64,000 nt of DNA from the human T2T-CHM13v2.0 reference genome, Homo sapiens: NCBI RefSeq assembly GCF_009914755.1, contig NC_060926.1. One strand, 5' to 3'. Below the pieces are notes generated by a model that searched no databases, was not told where the DNA came from, and saw only the letters and a list, made by a program, of their open reading frames with translations. Numbering within the stretch: position 1 is the first letter of the stretch; the number at the start of each line of letters is the position of its first letter. This document shows positions 13,600 to 25,894 of the stretch, one piece after another. The translations under genes and the position numbers were made by a program.

Positions 13600-14220
13600 A
13601 GTAGTTACTGTTAGTATTATTATTTCATAATATCTTTCTGTATGCTAAATCTAAACTCGTTCCTTATGCTAATTTATTTTTCCCCTGGTCATTACCCAGG
13701 GAGATAAGTACCATTCTTATTTCTATTTTTATAGATGAGAAAATTGAGTCACAGAGGTTCAGTGACTTTCTCAATATCACATAACCAGTAAGTGTCTGGA
13801 TTCCAAGCTCCTAATAAATCCTGCCACAGTTTGGTTTTTAAGGAATGATATGAAAATTTCACACAATGCACAGTTCATTTTTCTGCTGAGAAGCTCTGCA
13901 TCAAAAGTTTGTCTTTTTAGACTTAATGGGCTTAAAAGTAGAGGTAGAGTGAGGGAGTCTTTAATCATGGAGAGAGGATGACACATTTCTTGTAAGTCAG
14001 GCTTTGGAATCAGCTCTGGGTTCAAATTATGACTTCACCACTGACTAATGTGACCTGGACAAATTACTAAATATTCCAAACTTCAGTCGTCTCAATTAGA
14101 ACACAGGTATATGTTATTATGACAATTATAATTCCAAAAATCTGGTGGTAATGCAAATGATGTGCCTAGGATGATGCCTGCCATTTAATAACAGCTCAGT
14201 AAGGTTTGTAACACCAGTAT
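13600..14220. mobile_element. Two MIR SINEs (- at ~13600-13830, + at ~14000-14220)
   Basis: ttttatagatgagaaaattgag and ctgggttcaaat...tgtgacctggacaa core motifs. Confidence 0.7.
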
Positions 14221-14431
14221 AATAATAATATAAGAAGCCACTTCATCCAACCTAGCATTTTCCCTTTTGGACTCTAATTGCCTTCCAGCTAAAGGTATCC
14301 TAGTCTTTATGTAACAAAGCTTAAATTTTACTCTTCTCTCCCACTCTAGGGGAATGAATGGATAAGGCAAGGTGTTAACATGACTTTAATTGATGATTGG
14401 TAAACAGTGGAGGTGGTAGTGTGGACAATAT

Positions 14432-14742
14432 ATTTTTATTTTTTTATTTGTTGTTCTTTTCTTTTTTTTTTTTGGAGATGGAGTCTCACTCTGTCACCCA
14501 GGTGCAATCTCCACTCACTGCAACCTCTGCCTCCTGAGTTCAAGCTATTCTCCTGTCCCAGCCTCCCAAGTAGCTGGGATTACAGGTGTGTGCCACCTCG
14601 CCCGGCCAATTTTTGTATTTTTAGTAGAGATGGGGTTTCACCATGTTGGCCAGGCTGATCTCAAACTCCTGACCTCCAGTAATCTGCCCATCTCGGCCTC
14701 CCAAAATGCTGGGATTACAGGCATGAGCCACCACACCTGGCC
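14432..14742 (-). mobile_element. AluSx-like element with short internal deletion
   Basis: Antisense Alu lacking the gctggagtgcagtg segment near 14500. Confidence 0.93.
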
Positions 14743-15249
14743 AATAATACTTTTGATAAAATCATCTGAAAAGAGTTAACTAGACCAAAACCCACCTGAA
14801 ATTATTTAAACTTATTTCCTCAGGAGTCAAGCTGCCTCTGATGGGTTATAATCATGTTATACTTTGTGAGTCAGTCAAGCTTAAAATCATCAAATCCAGT
14901 CCGATGCTTAAACACCCCAGACATTACCACTGTCCCTCTCCACTTCTCAGCATGGGGTAGTCATGAGGTTCCAAAGACAAGACCCCAGCCTCATTTACGG
15001 TTTTATCTTCCCTGCTACTGTATTGGCAGACACATATTACATGTTCTATAATGTATGTTGAAGGAAAACACACACAGGCACATGCATGCACACACATATA
15101 TGTATAATGTATAAATATTAGAACTGTGGTTACCTGAAAGGTTATCACACTACCCATGACTGGGCCCAATGTTGTGCAGCTAGCTGCCTCCCAGACTTGG
15201 ATGAGTATCTCCAGCTTCCTCTTACAATGTATTTTTCTCACGAATGTGT

Positions 15250-15480
15250 GTGGTAGTGAGATGGGAAATGAATGGGTTGGGAGTCAGACAGTGCTGAGCT
15301 CAAACCATAGAAAGGTTGCTTCTTAGCTCTGTCATGACTAACATCACCTCTCTGAGCCTTGGTTTCCTCATCTGTAAAGTAGGAGTAGTAATACTTGCTT
15401 TATTTATTTGTTTTGAAGATATGAGATAATGCCTGTGAAGTGTCTGGCGCTTAGTGGTATTTGAAAACAGCAGCTACTGT
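15250..15480 (+). mobile_element. MIR
   Basis: cctctctgagccttggtttcctcatctgtaaag core. Confidence 0.75.
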
Positions 15481-17530
15481 TAATAAGATCATACAACCAT
15501 GCTGCCTATTGATTTTCTTTGCCTGATATCCCTCTTCCTTGCCGATGGCTCTGCTATTGATTTGTTTGCCCTTTGCCTGGGGAATCTGGGCCAGTGTTAT
15601 AAATGTCAATGTTGACAAGGTAATGAAGTAAAAAGGATCCAAGCTAAGAGTAATGAACTCCCTGCGGCGGCCTTATAGGGACCCCTCTGAAGCTTGGTGA
15701 GAATGGAAGCACTGTATTGGCCAGAAGCTGAAAGAAACAAGTGGAACAAGCACAGATTAGAATTCTAGGTGCTTTCCCACACAGAAGGAGAGGGAATTGA
15801 GGCTCGAGGAGTGTTGTGTGGCCACTGGTTACTCATTTAGTCTACCAAGATTTTATTTTTGCAGGATGCCATTAATGATAATAAATTGAGTTTTAAAACA
15901 GATTAACATAACGTAAAGCTCACTGTCACTTAGGAATGATTGTATATGCCATTTATCCATTTCTAAGAATGATTTGACCTGAATCTGTGTATTTTTCCTT
16001 TACACTTGCACAATTATCATTGCCAGTGATCAGTGTCAGAGCTAGGGTCTTGTGGTTAATATTCTAAAGTTCTCTGCCTTTTTCTTGATAAAGAATCACA
16101 TGGCCTGCTTCTTAGTGAGGAAAATAAATAAGTAAATCATTCTACCTAGGAAATTCTAGTTTTAGTTAATTCCCTTAAAATCAACTGCTGCCTACTCTAA
16201 TCAACTCTAATCAATCATATATAAGACTTGAATATATGCCTTATCTTTCTCACTTATTTTCTTACCTTTTTCTTCAAAATGATTCCATAGAATATAAGCC
16301 TTGCACAGAGCATGCCTCCCATAAAAGATAAACATTATATAAATATTTGGAATCAGTAAATTGCTCCCTAACATTGTTTGTAGATAATTCATTGAATGCA
16401 TTATTGAATACCTATTATATACAAGGTGATATAATAAGAGAAAATATGAAAACTTTAAAGAAGTAAAGCCTATGGATCTTTGTTCCCAAAGTGATAAAAC
16501 AAGTATCTGTGAGGATAAGACATTTATTTAATTAGGATATAAATAGTTTTGATAAGTGCTTTACAGATGGAGTGTGCTTAATATTCATAAAAAGAAGAGA
16601 TCATTTCTAGCTGAGATGACCCAGAATGTTATTGTGTGGAAGATCACCTTGACTTTAGTCCTGAAGCACAGGTTTGACCTCAATAGATGGAGTACATTCC
16701 AGGAAGGAGGAATGGTGTGAACCAGGTAAGACTGTAGGAAAACAAAGATAGTAGGATAGAAACAGTAAATAGGCCATCTGAGAGGGTTTCATACATGCAG
16801 CAGAGTAGAGGGAGACAAGGGAAACAAGAACAGTCCATTGGGAGAATATTACAGAGGACATCCAGTGCTCTGCAAAGGCATTCAGAATCTATTGTGTAGA
16901 GAGGAGAGAGCATGGAAAGGAGCTCTCGTGGTCAGAGCTGCTGTTATCAGACTCTCTTGTTAGTAACAAGCAAGATAGAGGAAAGAGAGACTGGTATGCA
17001 GGCTATGCTAATGCCTAACCTTTGGATACGAAAGAGATAGCAATGGAACAGGGGAGCAGGTGCAGGTGCAGTTTGTAAAATAAGAATTGGAAGATTTGGG
17101 TAATTCACTGGGTAGGTGGGTGGCAGAGTACCCAGGGAAGGAATGGAGAGGACAAGAGGAAAGGAAATTACAGCAGATTTTTCCAGTCATTACAGAGGGA
17201 AATAAATTCATTCTGGTCTGGCCTGAGCCTGAGTTTACTGACTTGGGGCATAAGTTACAATGGATTATAAAGCTGATACCTTACCCTCTTCCTTTGAGCC
17301 AGCTGTCCAGTCCTGCTCAGCTGCTTCTGGATTTGAGAAATCCCTGTCATCAAGAACAGGGGGAAGAGAAGTGGATTGGATTGCTGTGAGGAGAGTCCAG
17401 TTGGGGGCCTTCACTGTGGCGATGTCCACAGTAGTCCACAGCTGCATGGGACAGATCTCTCCCAGCCTTGAATTTTTTACCATTGCCTGACTTGTATTTC
17501 TTATCTGTGTATGTAGCTGCTTCCTTGGGA

Positions 17531-17800
17531 AAAGTGTGGTCCTTGAAGGCAGGAACATTTTGTTGTCAATATTCTTATCACTCCCACTTTGAAACATGGG
17601 CCTTTGTGCTTTGTCTATGCTTCTATGTGTTTCATAATACACTTCTTCTGATTAGTAATGCATCACAGGTGGTAGACATGTTTTCAATTCAAGGGGGAAA
17701 TGCTTGCACTCCTATTCCTGATTTTAGGATCCCTACTAGTGTGACCAGTCATGCTAGTCTACTCAAGACTGCGGGATTCCCAGGGATGTGGGATTATAGG
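17531..17800 (+). repeat. 270-bp direct repeat, copy 1 (donor)
   Basis: Identical to 22961-23230 except at 17542 and 17796. Confidence 0.98.
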
Positions 17801-17848
17801 TCCTAAAACTGAAGCAGTCTTAGGAAAACCAGCACAGCCTGTCGCCTA
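17737..17848. mobile_element. MER81-like hAT-Blackjack MITE
   Basis: 112 bp with degenerate TAGGGTGACC...GGTCACCCTA termini (tagtgtgacc...gtcgccta) and the internal cccagggatgtggga...taaaactg motif. Confidence 0.7.
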
Positions 17849-18457
17849 AGCCACACTCAGTTCAGGGGTTTTGAATAGTTTAATGGAACTGGACCCAGGG
17901 CTTTGAATGCCAGATGAACAACTGAGTTTCATGCTTTGCCTAGCCACAGCTGAGTTCAGGGGCCAACATCCCTGAGGATATGCTGTGGTTTGAATAGGTG
18001 AGGTTAGAAAGGAGCGAGAATGAACCACTCAGCCCACTGACCAGCACTCACTGAGTCTCTGCCGGGGTGCAGCATAGAGCACCAGGTGTGCTGAGATGAC
18101 AGGAGGGGGGTGTGGGATTGTTTATTCCCTTAAATATTCAGTGCCCTGGGTGGAAACCCAAAATTGTGTGCAAGCAGTAATTACAGAACAATTGATCTTT
18201 AAAGCATGGAACTTGTATTCAAAGGGCATCATTAAAAGACTAGAGAAAGGAGAAATCAGAAGTAAAACTATGTGTAACCAAGGTCCTGTTTCCCTACTGA
18301 TTTTGGGTGGAAGGCCAGATCTTCTCTATGAAGGATGACACACTCTGTCTAGCGTATGCAGAGATGCTGTCTTCATCAGAGAGAAGTCCTGCAAATATGC
18401 ACATTTCAGATGCAGATCACATCAGCTGCTTTAGGTCTGTGAACAGGAAGTTCCATA

Positions 18458-18811
18458 TGTGTACGTCTGTTCTCACACTGCTAATAAAGATATACTTGAG
18501 ATTGGGTAATTTATAAAGAAAAAGAGGTTTAGAAGACTCACAGTTCCACGTGGCTGGGGAGGCCTCACAATCATAGCAGAAGGTGAAGGAGGAGCAAAGG
18601 CACATCTTACATGGAGGCAGGCATGCAGTGCAGAAGGGGAAAAAGCCCCTTATAAAGCAATCAGATCTCATGTGAACTAACTCACTATCACAAGAACAGG
18701 ATGGGAGAAACTACCTCCATGATTCAATTCTCTCCCTCCCAAAATACATGGGGATTATGGGAACTACAGTTTAAGATGAGGTTTGGTTGGGGACGGAGCC
18801 TAACCATATCA
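18458..18811 (-). mobile_element. THE1 (THE1C-like) solo LTR
   Basis: gttctcacactgctaataaaga...gactcacagttccacgtggctggggaggcctcacaatca...aaccatatca. Confidence 0.9.
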
Positions 18812-18830
18812 ATATATATCATCCATTCTC

Positions 18831-19121
18831 TTTTTTTTTTTTTTTTTTGAGACTATCTCCTTCTCTTGGCCAGACTAGAGTGCAGTGGCATGATTTTAGT
18901 AACCTGTGCCTCCCAGGCTTAAGCAGTCCTCCCACCTCAGCCTCTCAAGTAGCTGGGAAGACAAGGTCATACTGCCAAGTACAGCTAATTTTTGTATTTT
19001 GTATAGAGATGGGCTTTCACCATGTTGCCCGGGCTGGTCTTGAACTCATGGGCTCAAGCAATCTATGTGTCTCAGTCTCCCAAAATGCTGGGATTACAGG
19101 TGTGAGCCACTGTGCCCAGCC
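18831..19121 (-). mobile_element. AluJ
   Basis: Diverged antisense Alu with J-type segments (ggcttaagcagtcctcccacc, gggctcaagcaatc). Confidence 0.9.
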
Positions 19122-19339
19122 TGTATGTGCCAATTCTAACAAGAGCTTACTTTATATTGGGAGCTGCAGAGGTTACTTTGGCTTGAGGTGGGAGATAGGG
19201 GCTTTGGTCATGTGTGTGGGTAGAGTGCTTCTCAAAACATGAGTGAAACTTTTATACACGGAGACACCAAGCTAAGCTTTCAGAGTTTAATATGGAATTT
19301 CCAGTTTAAATTATCTTCTTTATAACTCTGGGTATAGCA

Positions 19340-20150
19340 ATGTTTTTTTGTGTGTATACATGTATATGTATGTCCATGTGTGGTGATGTACATCCTGGTA
19401 CAGGTATGTATGTGTACGCATATGTGTATGTTTGCATTTGTCCATGTGTGTACACATATTGGTACATGTACACATATATTCGTGCGTGGGTTTGTACATG
19501 CATGTATATGCATATGGGTGCATGCTTGCATATGTCCATGTGTCCACATGCATAAACACGTGTGGGCAACTGTGTGCTATAACTGTATTGTATATATGTA
19601 TATCTGGATATCTATGTTTCTGCGTAGTTGTGTATATACATATGTCTGTGTGTGTACAGGCACATGTATATGTGTGTGTGTAAATGTATGTCTATGCTTG
19701 CAAATGTACATGTACACATATGTTTCTTTCTGTATAGTGTCTGTGAATACATGTACATGCATGCCCATGCACGTGCATATGTGTATGCATGTGTGCATGC
19801 ATGTTCCACTCTGTGTGTATATGTGTATGTGCATATCTGTCATGTATGTCTGTGTGCATGTACATGTGTGTACCTATATGTGCATATTTCTATGTATATG
19901 TGTATTTGAATATCTGTACATGCATGTCTGTATGCATGCACATGTGTAGTCCTGTACACATGTATGTCAGTGTTTTGCATGCATATGTATGTGTGCATTC
20001 ATGTTTCTCTCTGTGTGTATGTGTATGGGAATACTTGTACATGCATGTCTCTGTGTGTGCATTTGTTTGTATGTGTATGTGCATATTCCTTTCTGTGTGT
20101 ATGTATGTATTCATATCTGGACATGCATGTCCATGTGTGTGCCCATGTGT
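19340..20150. repeat. ~800-bp degenerate alternating purine-pyrimidine (TG/CA/TA) block
   Basis: Seen directly. It generates all the Cys/Val/Met/His-rich ORFs in this region. Confidence 0.95.
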
Positions 20151-20760
20151 TTTGCTTCTTTTCTGAGTAGTCACATTTCCCAATTTGCTTTTTCTCTGTT
20201 ATATCATGTGATCTCTCATTCTTGCTAGAGGCTTTACTCATGCTTCTGATGATCTTGGACTGTGCTCATGTTTCAAAAGGAAGTGTCTGGAATGCATTGC
20301 CTTGGAGCCACCCTGAAGAGTAGGGCTGGGCCTTTAGTTAGATAACTCCAATGTCTTTATCTTTAGCTCATTTATCTTGGGACAGGCACATTTCCTATAA
20401 AAAAAACTTTCCCATCGCTTGCTTAGAGAGAAAGAGGTTCTGAAAGTCGTAGTGCAGACAAGAGCTGGTGGATGTCAGGGTCTACTAGGTAAAAGTCCCT
20501 TTATGTCTCATTTTTTGGTGAGCACCCTTGCCTCATCTATCAACATTACTCTCACCTACCTGTAATAACCCCTCAGTCTCATAGCACTTCTTTATTCATT
20601 TTCCAAGCAGTATAGTTATTTGGGGGATATAAAGGGTACTTTTTCGAACTATTTTCTGTTTCTCTAAGATTGCTTTACTTGCGAGAGAATTGCTGTGAAG
20701 CTGGCTGGGAAAGAACAAAAGACTTTTGGATGCTAAGTCTTCTAAATGTAGAACCCACTC

Positions 20761-21173
20761 ATATCAGTCAGGGTTCAACCAATGGAGCATGACTAGTAGG
20801 AGATAATATATTGAGATTTATTGCACAGAATTGGTTCATGCAGTTATGGAGGCCAGGTATGATGTCTGAAATCCACTGGGTAGGCCATCAGGAAGTGCAG
20901 CTGGAACTCTCAGGCATGAGTGGAAGTTGCTGCCCCTAGGTGGAATTTCTTCTTCTTTGGGAAGTCTTAAAAGCCATTCTGCTCATAAGGTCTTGCAATT
21001 GATTGAATGAGACCCACACAGATTATCTAGGATAATTTCCCTTACTTAAAGTCAACTGATTGTGGATGTCATTCACGTTTACAACATACCTTTACAGCAG
21101 TACTTGGATGAGGGCTTGATTGAATAAGTAGGGACTATAGCCTGCTCAATTTGACACATCCTCAGACCATTAT
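20761..21173 (-). mobile_element. MLT2D-like ERVL LTR
   Basis: tatcagtcagggttcaacca...gattgaatgagacccacacagattatctaggataatttcccttacttaaagtcaactgattg. Confidence 0.8.
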
Positions 21174-21185
21174 AATACCCTCTCT

Positions 21186-21308
21186 TTATTTTTTATTGAA
21201 GTGAAACGCACATAAAATTAACCATTTTAAAGAATACAATTCAGAGGCATTTAGTATATCCACAATATTTTGCAACAATTGTTTCTATCTAGCTCCAAAA
21301 CATTTTCA

Positions 21309-21344
<36 letters not shown>

Positions 21345-21752
21345 CTCAGTACCCATTAAACAGTCACATCTCATCTTCACCCCTCCTCTTAGCTCCTGGA
21401 AACCACTAAGCTGCTTTCTGTCTGTATTGATTTACCTATTTGAGATATTTCCTATAAATGGAACCATACAATTTGTCACATTTTGTATCTCACTTCTTTC
21501 ACTTAGCATAGATTTGATATTTATAATATTGCAGCATGTAACAGTACTACATTCCTTTGTATGGTTGAATAATATGTTGTATGCATATGTCAGGGTGTTT
21601 TTTAAAAAATCTATTGTTCTTTGATGAACATTTGAATTGTTTCCATATTTTGGCTGTTGTATAAATAGGGCTGCTGTGAACATGTGTATATATGTATTTA
21701 TTTAAATACCTGTTTTTAATTATCTTGGGCATATCTCTGGGAGGGGATTTGT
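21186..21752 (-). mobile_element. L1MB 3' end with embedded (CA)17 at 21310-21343
   Basis: Antisense L1 3'UTR (cataaaattaaccattttaaag...); the minus-strand ORF gives L1 ORF2 C-terminal-like MFTAALF. Confidence 0.85.
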
Positions 21753-22889
21753 TGCCTTTTGAAAGCCATTAACACGCGAGGGCTAGCCCAGTGGAATCAA
21801 TCAAGGAAATTGTATATTACAAACTGTGCTTCCCACACTCTTACCATTCTCCTTGTCAAAACAAAGAGATACTTAAAGATGATTCTGGTTGGATTTATTC
21901 TTTTAATTATCCTACATTTGTGTATCCAAGATCAGGGATGCCACACTTTACCCTATCAATTCTCAAATATAAGTTAATGAGGATAAGGATAATCATGGGG
22001 TAACATCCCAAGGTTATTCTCTAATATGTGGTTCAAGGAGATTTTGTTAACAACTAGACTTGGGGCAAGTGGTGGAATTGGAGGCAGGAGTGTCTCTGCA
22101 CTCATAGAGCACTGTGACAGTGAGCAGCTGCCTTACATCTCTTGGTTGCAAATCTATCCTCTTTGAAATGTCAGAGACTGCCAGATGATCTTTGGAGTTT
22201 ATTCTAGTTTTGAACATTATATGATTTTGTGATGCATGAAAATGTTATGAACTTTGGCTTTGAAAATTCTGATGTCAAATCTGACCCCAAAGTCATATTT
22301 CATGCTACTTTTTAAAAGGGGAGAAAAAGAGAATTGAAACCCAATTTGCTGACCCAAATTGATAAATTTCTGGGCTGCAAGCAAACCTACTTTTCAGTAG
22401 GTGATGAAAAAGAAATTGAGCTTGATGATATTTACAGTTAAAACAGTAACATGCACTTAATAATCACATGTAAACACAAGTGTGAATATCTTATGATATT
22501 TTATACTTTTATCCTGTGGAATTCCAAACTCCCCCTGCTTACCTCACCGGGAGGCATAGTTCCTTACCTTTATAACTGACACCTGTGCATGTACTGACCA
22601 CATGTCCTGGGCTTCCCATGGAAGTGCTCCTTTCATTGACTGCTGGCTGCAAACACATACCCAGCCACTTTGACTGTTAATGAGCTCTCATTCTCATTTG
22701 AAATATATCATTACTTCTGTGTGTGGTCATCCTGGATACTCTTAATCTTTTTCCTTTTTCTTGGCATAGTGAAAAAAATATGGAATTTGGAGTCTTATGC
22801 CACCAACTTCCATTGTAGTCTGGACTCTGAAGTATGGTTGTTAAGTGGACCCTGAAATCTTTTTGACAGAAATTCCTAATTTATAGTAC

Positions 22890-23370
22890 TGTGGTGACTG
22901 AAGCTGTGTAAGCTCTTAGTTCCAACTTTGAGTCCCAGATTCCTTCAACCTGCCCCTCCTAAAGTGTGGTCTTTGAAGGCAGGAACATTTTGTTGTCAAT
23001 ATTCTTATCACTCCCACTTTGAAACATGGGCCTTTGTGCTTTGTCTATGCTTCTATGTGTTTCATAATACACTTCTTCTGATTAGTAATGCATCACAGGT
23101 GGTAGACATGTTTTCAATTCAAGGGGGAAATGCTTGCACTCCTATTCCTGATTTTAGGATCCCTACTAGTGTGACCAGTCATGCTAGTCTACTCAAGACT
23201 GCGGGATTCCCAGGGATGTGGGATTCTAGGCCTCAGTTTTCTTATCTGAAAACCAGGAATCATCATAGCAACCTACCAGAGTTGCTCTGAAGATTAAATA
23301 GCTGTGTATGTATGTATTATATGCTTTTACACATACCGCTTAGTGCACAGTGACTGCTAAATATTTAGGT
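22890..23370 (+). mobile_element. MIR interrupted by copy 2 of the 270-bp repeat
   Basis: Left flank tttgagtcccagatt...cctaaagtgtggtctttg; right flank ctaggcctcagttttcttatctgaaaa...gaagattaaat. Confidence 0.65.
22961..23230 (+). repeat. 270-bp direct repeat, copy 2 (recipient)
   Basis: Offset 5430 bp from copy 1; 253-bp perfect core. Confidence 0.98.
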
Positions 23371-23699
23371 GCCATATGGAGGCAATTATAGCTGGGGAAT
23401 CTGAAAATGAGGATGAAAGAAGGAACTCCTGTGAAATTCATTCTAGAAAGAAAACTTGGCAGAAAAGAAACTTCACACCTCCTATTCTCTCTGTTTTACC
23501 ACATTTTCATTCCTGGCATGGGAGACCCCGTGTACAGCCTGGTCTTGCAGAGCCAGGCCCTGTAAAGTCAGGCAGTGGAGGTGGAATGGGACAGACAGGC
23601 GAGTCCAAGACCTGAAAAGCCAGGATTGTTTTTTGTTTTACTTTATCTAAAATGCAATGAGAAGTCATCAATGATTTTTTTTAAAGAAGATTGGTTTCT

Positions 23700-24827
23700 T
23701 TTTCTTTTTTAATAATTTTAACTTTTATAATATTTTAGATACAGAGGGTATATGTGCAGGTTTGTCACTTGGGTATATTGCATGATGCTCAAGTTTGGGA
23801 TATGATTGACCTCATCACCCAGTATTGAGTATAGTATTCAACAGTGAGTTTTTAAACCCTTTCTCCCTTTTAATAGTCCTCAGTGTCTATTGTTGCCATC
23901 TTTTTGTCCATCCTAATGTTTAGCTCCCACTTATTAGTGAGAACATGCAGTGTTTTGTTTTCTGTTCCTGTGTTAATTCATTCAGGATAATGACTTCCAG
24001 CTGTATCCATGTTGCTGCAAAGGACTTGATTTCATTCTGTTTTATGGCTGCATAGTATTCAATAGTGTATATGTACCACATTTTCCCTTTCCATCCACCA
24101 TCGATGGACATGTAGTTCGATTCCATGTCTTTGCTATTGTGCATAGTGCTATAATGAACATATGAGCACATGTGTCTTTTTGGTAAAACAATTTATTTTC
24201 TTTTTTAATATATACCTAGTAATGGGATTGCTGTGTTGAATGGTAGTTCTGTTTTAATATCCTTGAGGACTCTCCAAACTACTTTCCACAGTGGCTGAAC
24301 TAATTTGGATTTCTACCAACAGTGAATAAGCTTCTTCTTTTCTCCAAGCCTCATCAATGTTTGTTGTTTTTTGACTTTTTAATAATAGCTATTCTGATTC
24401 ATATGAGATGGTATCTCATTGTGGTTTTGATTTGCATCTCTCTAACAATTAGTGATGTTGAGCATTTTTTCATAAGTCTGTCACTTGTACGTCTTCTTTT
24501 AAGAAATGTCTGATCATGTCCTTTGCCCTTTTTTTTTAGTAAGGTTAACTGTTTTTAGCTTGCTGATTTAAGTTTCTTATAAATTCTGAAAATTAGACCT
24601 TTGTCAGATGCATAGTTTGCACATATTTTCTCCCATTGTGTAGGTTGTCTATTTACCCTGTTGATTTCTTTTGCTGTGCAGAAGCTCTTTAGTTTAATTG
24701 GGTTACATTTGTCAATTTTTGTTTTTGTCACAATTGCATTTGAGGATGTGGTCATAAATTATTTGTCAAGTCTAATGTCTGAAATGGTGTTCCTAGCTTT
24801 TCTTCTAGGATTCTTATAGTTTGAGGT

Positions 24828-24860
<33 letters not shown>

Positions 24861-25262
24861 GAGAGAAAGAATCTCGCTTTGTCACCCAGGCACCCAGGCT
24901 GGAGTGCAGTGGCAAAATCTCAGCTTACTGCAACCTCTGCCTCCCAGGTTTCAAGTGATTCTGCTGTTTCAGCCTCCCAAGTAGCTGGGACTACAGGCAT
25001 GCACCATCATGCCTGGCTAATTTTTGTATTTGTAGTAGAGACGGGGTTTCACCATGTTGGTCTCCAACTCCTGACCTCAAGTTATCCGCCCGCCTTGGCC
25101 TCCCAAAGTGCTGGAATTACAGGCTTGAGCTACCACACCCAGCCTTACATTTAATCTTTAATCCACCTTGAGTTAATTTTTGTATATTGTGAAAGGTAGG
25201 GGTCCAGTTTCATTATTCTACGTATGGATAGTCAGCTATCCCAGTGCCATTTATTGAATATG
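23700..25262 (-). mobile_element. Old L1PA (L1PA15/16-like), 5'-truncated, interrupted by an Alu
   Basis: Minus-strand ORF2 remnants (MWYIYTIEYYAAIKQNEIKSFAATW; [20 protein letters not shown]); 3'UTR near 23700. Confidence 0.9.
24833..25144 (-). mobile_element. AluS inside L1
   Basis: T28 tail, full dimer, small tandem duplication cacccagg x2. Confidence 0.93.
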
Positions 25263-25894
25263 GAGTGAGATAGGATTCTTAAATATAGCATTTTCCTTGT
25301 GTTTTCCTAGAGAGCTCTTTTCTAAGCTCTTTTCTAAATTTTATGCTTTTGATTTTAATGTAAAATATTTTTGTAGGCATTCACTCAAGTGCTCCTTTAT
25401 GATATAGCTGGTGTTTATTGATTAAACTAAAATGCAAACACACTTCTTGTCTGTTAGTGCTAATGCCAATAATTGCTATGATAAAAATAGTAGCAAGTGC
25501 TTTTGGGTTTTATTATTATTTCAGATAAGGTTTGTCCTCTGGATCAGTGATTTTTTTTTGTTTTTATTAAAGTATTTGAGTGATTTAAACCAAGACAGTA
25601 TTATCGCCACTGTTATATGTGCTAGGATGCTGGGAATAAATATTTCAAAGACAGTCACATACTGTCATTTTTTAGAAGAATTACTGAGTTTTAGTCAACT
25701 GGCATTTATTTCACCAAAGCTATTTATCCAACTCTATTGACTTATATCTGTAAATTCTATAGGGGTAGAACTTTGGGAGTATTAGAAATAATATACATAG
25801 ATTTTAGGAGAATAGCTCTTTAGATTTATTATTTTTATCCTGATTTGAGAGGTGAGAAAATCCATGTTCAGTATCTTGTCCAAGCTTTCTCTAG

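Noticed and set aside
19280-20241. Dense stack of Cys/His/Met-rich ORFs up to 199 aa
   Set aside because: Translation artefact of TG/CA/TA low-complexity sequence that is poor in stop codons.
17468-23290. Two ORFs (17468-17806 and 22928-23290) sharing an identical ~88-aa stretch, suggesting paralogous small genes
   Set aside because: The identity comes entirely from the 270-bp DNA duplication. Both start at non-ATG codons, are built from L2/MER81/MIR remnants, and show no exon evidence.
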